Below, in pieces: positions 58,614 through 64,000 of a DNA stretch of 64,000 nt. Position 1 is the first letter of the stretch. Each line of letters opens with the position of its first letter. Origin of the DNA: an uncultured Candidatus Rokubacteria bacterium (GTDB taxonomy: Bacteria; Methylomirabilota; Methylomirabilia; Rokubacteriales; DASRDR01); NCBI GenBank assembly GCA_963805625.1, contig CAWDVE010000014.1, positions 148,299 through 212,298 of the forward strand, in the 5' to 3' direction. Both the position numbers and the translations under genes were made by a program. The notes under the pieces were generated by a model. The model had not been told where the DNA came from and did not search any database. It saw only the letters and a program-made list of their open reading frames with translations.

Positions 58614-59591
58614 TCAGGCCGTCGGCACGCGGGCCGCGCGGCGTCGCTCGCGCTGGGCACGCGCCTGGTGGTGGAGCACGTAGACGCCAGCGGCAACGGT
58701 CGTGGCCACGCCGAGAAGGGTCGACGGGCCGGGGACGTCACCCCAGAACACGTAGCCCCACAGCACCGCCCACCCGATCATCACGTACTCGAACGGGGAT
58801 ACCGTGCTCGCGGGCGCCACGCGGTAGGCCTGCGTCAGGCAATAGATCCCGACGCTCGAGATGAGCCCACAGAGCGCCATGCGTCCGATCGCCCCCCAGG
58901 GCGGCAGCGTCCAGCCGCGCACCAGGAAGGCGAGGCTCGGATGAAGGCCGGCACCCCGGTCTCCCCCGGCCGCGGCGAGCCCGCTCGTCGCCGCCACCAG
59001 CACGGACACCAGGGTCGCCGAGAACACGATGGTGGCGCCCGAATCCCTCCGGCCCAAGTGGCGCGTGATCGTCTGCGAGATCGCGTAGCAGAGCGCCGAC
59101 AGCACGGCGAGCAGGGCCGCCGGCTCGAACGCGGCAGCCCCCGGGCGCAGCACCACGAGCACTCCGACGAAGCCGAGTGCCACGGCCGACCAGCCGCGCC
59201 GGTCGACCGGCTCGCCGAGCGCGAGCGCCGAGAGCGTGGTGACGAACAGCGGCGCCGCAAAGGCCACCGACGTGACCGTGGCCAGCGGGAGCGCGGCGAT
59301 GGCCATGTAGTACGTCGTGAAGGACACGAGGCCCAGCAGCCCTCGCACCCCGTGGAGCCACGGCTGCTGGATCGGAAGGGTGACCGAAGCGCGCTCCCGC
59401 CACAGGAGCCACGCGAAAAGCCCGAGCGCGACCAGGCTGCGCACGAACACGATCTGGAGGACCGCGTACTCGCCGCTCAGGCCCTTGATCAGGACATCCT
59501 GCACGGGGAACACGGATGCCCCCACCAGGATGAAGGCGATCCCGTGGAGGGGCCGGTCGATCCTGGCAGCCGGCGCCGGGAATGACGTCAC
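58614..59591 (-). CDS. DMT/EamA family transporter
   Basis: QIVFVRS, PLATVTSVAFAAPLF, LGE, PFEY, VFWGDVP. Confidence 0.92.
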   Translation of the reverse strand: MTSFPAPAARIDRPLHGIAFILVGASVFPVQDVLIKGLSGEYAVLQIVFVRSLVALGLFAWLLWRERASVTLPIQQPWLHGVRGLLGLVSFTTYYMAIAALPLATVTSVAFAAPLFVTTLSALALGEPVDRRGWSAVALGFVGVLVVLRPGAAAFEPAALLAVLSALCYAISQTITRHLGRRDSGATIVFSATLVSVLVAATSGLAAAGGDRGAGLHPSLAFLVRGWTLPPWGAIGRMALCGLISSVGIYCLTQAYRVAPASTVSPFEYVMIGWAVLWGYVFWGDVPGPSTLLGVATTVAAGVYVLHHQARAQRERRRAARVPTA

Positions 59592-59720
59592 GGGAGCCGG
59601 CGGGAGCCGAGCGTCCGCCAGGTCATCTGCGCGATCGTCACCGACGCTCCCCTCGCCTCTCCGGAATAGTCTCCGCTTGCCGTGCCGGTATCTTACCGCG
59701 CGAGGATCTCCGAACGCGCC

Positions 59721-60197
59721 TCACGGCCATGGGGGCGAATCGCTTCGCGTCGCATCGGCGGCGGGGGCGGAGGGCTCGGCCCCCGCGTCACCCCGTCGCT
59801 TGCCGGTCAGCTGCCGCCGCCAGCGTGCCCGCATCTCGGCAGGACGGAGCGACGGCATGAATCGGCGAGCGGCGGGCAGCTGGAGCAGGAGCACACATAG
59901 CGCCGCGAGCGCCACGGCGTCTGGCCGATGGAAATGAATGCCGCGCACGGCCTCGTGACTGAGGAACACGTAGGCGGCGAAGCGGGCGCGCGGCTGACGG
60001 CGCCAGACCAGCCAGGCCACGTACGGCGCCGCCAGACCGTACGCGACGTAGTTCCAGGGCCGATCCGGGGCGAAGTTGGCAACCCGAAAGCCGGCGAGGC
60101 TCAGGGCCTGGAGCACCGGCGCGAGCGCCAGCCACGCCACGAGCAGCCGGACGACGGCCGGGCGGTGGTCGCCCGCGCGGTCACCCTCCGCCGTCAC
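59721..60197 (-). CDS. Hypothetical membrane protein
   Basis: Several hydrophobic segments; co-directional with the DMT gene. Confidence 0.5.
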   Translation of the reverse strand: MTAEGDRAGDHRPAVVRLLVAWLALAPVLQALSLAGFRVANFAPDRPWNYVAYGLAAPYVAWLVWRRQPRARFAAYVFLSHEAVRGIHFHRPDAVALAALCVLLLQLPAARRFMPSLRPAEMRARWRRQLTGKRRGDAGAEPSAPAADATRSDSPPWP

Positions 60198-60342
60198 CGA
60201 CCCTCCTACCCGCGGTCCGCCCCGCCACCATCCCGAGCGTCCCGCGAGCCCCGACGTCGGCGCCGTCTTGACGCTCCGGAGGCCGCCGCGCTAGCATCCC
60301 CGCGAATCGACTGCTGGGCACGCTACGCATCCGCGCGGGAGG

Positions 60343-61299
60343 ATGGTCATGGCCAAGACGCTCGACGAGCTGGAGCTCCGCGCACTTCTCGCCGCCGACT
60401 CGGCGGGACCGCGAGCGTCCTCGCCCTACGCGGACAACGCCCGCTACCTCACCTCCCTCGACGGCTTCAACATCAAGCGCCCAGCCATCCCCGCCCACGT
60501 CTTCCGCGCCGAGCGCGACCGGGTGCTGGCTCCCGACGCGCCGACCGGCCTCGTACCGCTCGACCTCTCGGCGACGCTCGGACTCGGCTACCCCGCGACC
60601 ACGCCGTTCATCCTGTCGCGCTACGCGCGAATCCGGGCGGGAGACACGCTCCCCACTGCCTTCCGCGCGAGCACGGAGCTCTATCACGTGATCCGCGGGT
60701 CGGGCACGACCAAGGCCGGGGACGGGGGATCGCTCCCCTGGCAGGAGGCCGACACCTTCTGCCTGCCCGGCGGCGGGGCCACGCGCCACGCCGCGGTCGA
60801 GGACACCGTGCTCTGGATCACGACCAACGAGCCCCAACTCGAATTCGAGGGGCTCCAGCCGCCGGCCCCGGGCGCGGGGCCGATCCAGCCCGCCCTCTAC
60901 CCAATGGCGGAGATCCGGCGGCGGCTGCTCGGCGTCTACCTGGATCCCCGCGGGGCGGCGATGCCGGGCAAGTCGATCAACCTGGGGAACGTGGCCCTCG
61001 AGTCCAGTCGCACCACCACGCCGTCCTTCACGCTCGCGCTGAACTCGCTCCTGCCCGGCGAGGCGCAGCGCGGCCACCGCCACAACGCGGTGGCGGTGAC
61101 GCTCGTCCTGGCCGGCGAGCGCTGCTATTCCCTGATCGATGGGGAGCGTGCGGACTGGGAGCCCCACACGGTGATGATCACGCCGCCCGCCGCCTTCCAC
61201 TCCCACCACAACGACGGGAGCGAGCTCGCGCTCTTCCTCATCGTCCAGGACGGGGGCGTCTACTACCACTGCCGGACGATGGGCTTCAGCTACAAGTAG
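60343..61299 (+). CDS. Bicupin protein, gentisate 1,2-dioxygenase-like
   Basis: LLPGEAQRGHRHNAVA, ITPPAAFHSHHN, VQDGG; TTGACG-N18-TAGCAT upstream. Confidence 0.8.
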   Translation: MVMAKTLDELELRALLAADSAGPRASSPYADNARYLTSLDGFNIKRPAIPAHVFRAERDRVLAPDAPTGLVPLDLSATLGLGYPATTPFILSRYARIRAGDTLPTAFRASTELYHVIRGSGTTKAGDGGSLPWQEADTFCLPGGGATRHAAVEDTVLWITTNEPQLEFEGLQPPAPGAGPIQPALYPMAEIRRRLLGVYLDPRGAAMPGKSINLGNVALESSRTTTPSFTLALNSLLPGEAQRGHRHNAVAVTLVLAGERCYSLIDGERADWEPHTVMITPPAAFHSHHNDGSELALFLIVQDGGVYYHCRTMGFSYK

Positions 61300-61305
61300 C
61301 CCCGG

Positions 61306-62616
61306 TCACGGCAGGCAGAGCTGGCGGAGGTCGGGAAACCAGCGCGTCAGGCGCGACGGCTCAACGAGGATGGTCTCGTAGCGGCCGGGGCCGGTCGAAA
61401 CGAGCGAGATCTCGCACTCGATCAGGTCCTCGAGCCACCGGATGTAGTCGTGGGCGCGCGCCGGGAGGGCCCCCCAGGTGCGCAGCCCCGCGGTCTCGCT
61501 GAGCCAGCCCGGGCGCTCCTCGAACACCGGCTCGAGCTGCGCGACGATGCGCTCCTCTCCCGGCCACTCGCGGAGCGTCGTCCCCTTGTAGCGGTAGCCC
61601 ACGCCCACCAGCACGGCATGGCAGGGATCGAGCACGTCGAGCTTCGTCATCGCGAGCGTGTCGAGCCCGTTCACGCGGACCGCGTGGCGGAGGAGCGGGG
61701 CGTCGAACCACCCGCACCGGCGCGGCCGGCCGGTGACCGCTCCGTACTCCTTCCCCCGAGCCCGGATCAGCTCGCCAAGATCGCCGGTGACCTCGGTGGG
61801 AAACGGCCCGCCCCCGACGCGAGTGGCGTAGGCCTTGGTGATGCCGAGCACCCCGTTGATGCGGGTGGGCGGGACCCCGGTGCCGGGCGCCGCCCCACCA
61901 GCCGAGGCGCTCGATGCCGTGATGTACGGATAGGTGCCGTGGTCGATGTCGAGCATCGTGCCCTGCGCGCCCTCGAAGAGCACCGATGCTCCGTCACGCA
62001 TCCATCGGTGCAGGAGCAGCGCCGTGTCCGCCACGTGCGGGCGGAGCCGCTCGACGGCGCCCGCGACGGCCTTCACCACCTCTTCCACCTCGAAGGTGTC
62101 GCGGCCATAGGCGCGCAAGAGGTGATTCTTGACGGGGAGACACGCCTCGAGCTTCTCCCGGAAGTGGGCCTCGTCGAGGAGGTCGCCGACGCGGATCCCC
62201 AGCCGGGCCGCCTTGTCGGCGTAGGCCGGCCCCACGCCCCTGCCCGTGGTCCCGATTCGCTCCTGGTCCATCGCCTGGTCGAGCGCCCGGTGGTGGGGCA
62301 GGATCACGTGAGCGGCGTGGGAGACGTAGAGCTGCTCCACACCGATCCCGGCCGCCGCCAGGCCGTCCAGCTCCGCCACGAGCCCGATGGGGTCGACGAC
62401 GGTCCCGCAGCCGATCACGCTCTTCTTGCCGGGTCGAAGGACGCCCGAGGGCACCAACTGGAGGACGAAACGTCGATCCCCCACCACGATGGTGTGGCCC
62501 GCGTTCGGCCCGCCCGAATAGCGCGCGACGACGTCCACGCAGGGGGCGACCAGGTCGACGACCTTCCCCTTCCCCTCGTCGCCCCACTGGGCGCCCACGA
62601 TCACAATGTTAGGCAA
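61306..62616 (-). CDS. purA: Adenylosuccinate synthetase
   Basis: GAQWGDEGKGK, GPNAGHT, IGTTGRGVGPAY, FEGAQG, GAVTGRPRRCGW. Confidence 0.97.
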   Translation of the reverse strand: MPNIVIVGAQWGDEGKGKVVDLVAPCVDVVARYSGGPNAGHTIVVGDRRFVLQLVPSGVLRPGKKSVIGCGTVVDPIGLVAELDGLAAAGIGVEQLYVSHAAHVILPHHRALDQAMDQERIGTTGRGVGPAYADKAARLGIRVGDLLDEAHFREKLEACLPVKNHLLRAYGRDTFEVEEVVKAVAGAVERLRPHVADTALLLHRWMRDGASVLFEGAQGTMLDIDHGTYPYITASSASAGGAAPGTGVPPTRINGVLGITKAYATRVGGGPFPTEVTGDLGELIRARGKEYGAVTGRPRRCGWFDAPLLRHAVRVNGLDTLAMTKLDVLDPCHAVLVGVGYRYKGTTLREWPGEERIVAQLEPVFEERPGWLSETAGLRTWGALPARAHDYIRWLEDLIECEISLVSTGPGRYETILVEPSRLTRWFPDLRQLCLP

Positions 62617-63937
62617 GAGCGCCTCCGGGAGCGGGCTCGAGGACGCGGCTCGGCGCCGCCATCAGTGCCGCGAGCGGCCAGGTGACCTCCTGCCCCCCCG
62701 CCGGGTCGATCACGCGCACGTCGCCACGCCCGAGCCCCGCGTGGTCGATCACCACGGCCCGCGCGGCGCGGATGTCCCGCGCGTAGGCGATCGACTCCTC
62801 GAGCGGCCGGCTCATGATGTCCCGGGCCACCGCCAGCCCCAGCTCGCGGAGCCGCCGGCAGAGGGCAAGAGCCGTGCCCTTGTCCTCGGTGAAGTCGATG
62901 ACGAAGAACTCCGGCCCGGTGACGCGAGGCTCGAGACCCTGCGCGGCGAGCGCGAGGAGGATGCGATTCACGTCGAACGCGAATCCCGTTGCCGGGCAGG
63001 GCGTGCCGAAGCGCCCGAGCATCTGGTCGTACCGGCCGCCGCCCACCAGCTCGGCGCCGAATCCGTCGACGTACCCCTCGAAGCTCACGCCCGAGTAGTA
63101 GTCGAACCCGCGGACCTCGCCGAGGTCGAGCAGGATCGCCCCGCCGAGGCCGTAGGCGGTGAGCAGCCGGTGGACCTCGGCGAGCCCGGCCACCGCGCGC
63201 TCCGACCGGGGGTTCTGGACGAGCGCCGCCGCCCGCCGGATCACGTCCGTCCCGCCCTGGAGACCGGGCAACGCCAGCACCAGCTCCGCCGTCGCGGACG
63301 GAATGGACAGCTCCCCGACCAGGCGCGTCAGCTCCGCCACGTCCTTCCGTCCGAGGGCCTCGCGCAGGGCCCGCGTCACGTCGCGCCCGACACCGAGGCT
63401 GTCGAGTACGCCCCGCACGAACTCGACGTGGCCGACGTCGATCTGGAAGCGCTCGAACCCGGCGGCCCGGAACGCCTCGATGGTCATCGCGATCATCTCG
63501 GCGTCCGCTTCCGGCTTGTCGAGGCCGATCAGCTCGACCCCCGCCTGGTAGAACTCCCGCATGCGGCCGAGCCGCGGCGCCTCGTGCCGGAACACGTTCG
63601 TCCGGTACGCGAGACGATAGGGCTTGGGCCGGTCGCGAAGCCGGGTGGCGGCGATGCGCGCGATCTGGGGCGTCACGTCGGCGCGGAGCGCGAGCATCCG
63701 CCCCGTGTCACGGTCGCCGAACTTGAACATCCCCTCCTGGAGCACCTCGTCCGTCCCGAGCGCCAGGACGTCGAAGAACTCGAAGGTCGGGGTCATGACC
63801 TCGCGGTAGCCCCACAGCCGGAAGACGCCGAGGAGGCGCTCCTGGAGGCCCCGGAGACGGGCTGCCTCGTCGGGGAGGTAGATCTTCACCCCGGTGGGGA
63901 GCTGTGACTGAAGGTTCCGCCGGTCCATAGCATTCAT
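62609..63937 (-). CDS. hisZ: ATP phosphoribosyltransferase regulatory subunit
   Basis: WGYREVMTP, LRADVTPQIAR, REFYQAGVE, GGGRYD; hisZ-purA synteny. Confidence 0.92.
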   Translation of the reverse strand: MNAMDRRNLQSQLPTGVKIYLPDEAARLRGLQERLLGVFRLWGYREVMTPTFEFFDVLALGTDEVLQEGMFKFGDRDTGRMLALRADVTPQIARIAATRLRDRPKPYRLAYRTNVFRHEAPRLGRMREFYQAGVELIGLDKPEADAEMIAMTIEAFRAAGFERFQIDVGHVEFVRGVLDSLGVGRDVTRALREALGRKDVAELTRLVGELSIPSATAELVLALPGLQGGTDVIRRAAALVQNPRSERAVAGLAEVHRLLTAYGLGGAILLDLGEVRGFDYYSGVSFEGYVDGFGAELVGGGRYDQMLGRFGTPCPATGFAFDVNRILLALAAQGLEPRVTGPEFFVIDFTEDKGTALALCRRLRELGLAVARDIMSRPLEESIAYARDIRAARAVVIDHAGLGRGDVRVIDPAGGQEVTWPLAALMAAPSRVLEPAPGGALA

Positions 63938-64000
63938 GCCCGGGAGCCGGGCAAACCCTCGGAAGTATACGGGATGGCCGGACGCAAATCCAGCGACCGC

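Noticed and set aside
1-64000. Prophage, IS or integrase
   Set aside because: No transposase, recombinase or phage motifs and no terminal inverted repeats recognised

Overview
High-GC (roughly 70%) bacterial DNA. The gene families suggest Candidatus Rokubacteria/Methylomirabilota, which is an inference. Several genes carry scattered single-base indels, probably from long-read assembly. From left to right: the end of an anaerobic aromatic-degradation-type operon (PadC/PadD-like subunits, two benzoyl-CoA-reductase-type activators, GNAT), a hemerythrin/Crp-Fnr patch, a membrane metallophosphoesterase, a C1/sugar-phosphate block (DMFase beta-like, ModE-like, PPi-PFK, class I aldolase, fwdD-orf-fwdB-fwdA-fwdC), small hypothetical genes with a GntR regulator, an ECF42 sigma regulon, RND efflux, a sugar ABC transporter, redox/transport genes, tRNA-Lys(TTT) and the core genes purA and hisZ. 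The main finding is three in-frame UGA codons, each followed by a SECIS-like hairpin, which the ORF track reads as stops. They are (1) Sec at the metal-ligand position of FwdB, (2) a CxxxxU active site in a class I flavoprotein disulfide reductase, and (3) an unannotated 74-aa candidate selenoprotein between fwdD and fwdB whose read-through stop overlaps the fwdB start (ATGA). Five ECF42-type promoters (one orphan) and a duplicated 27-bp GntR operator are also visible directly in the sequence.
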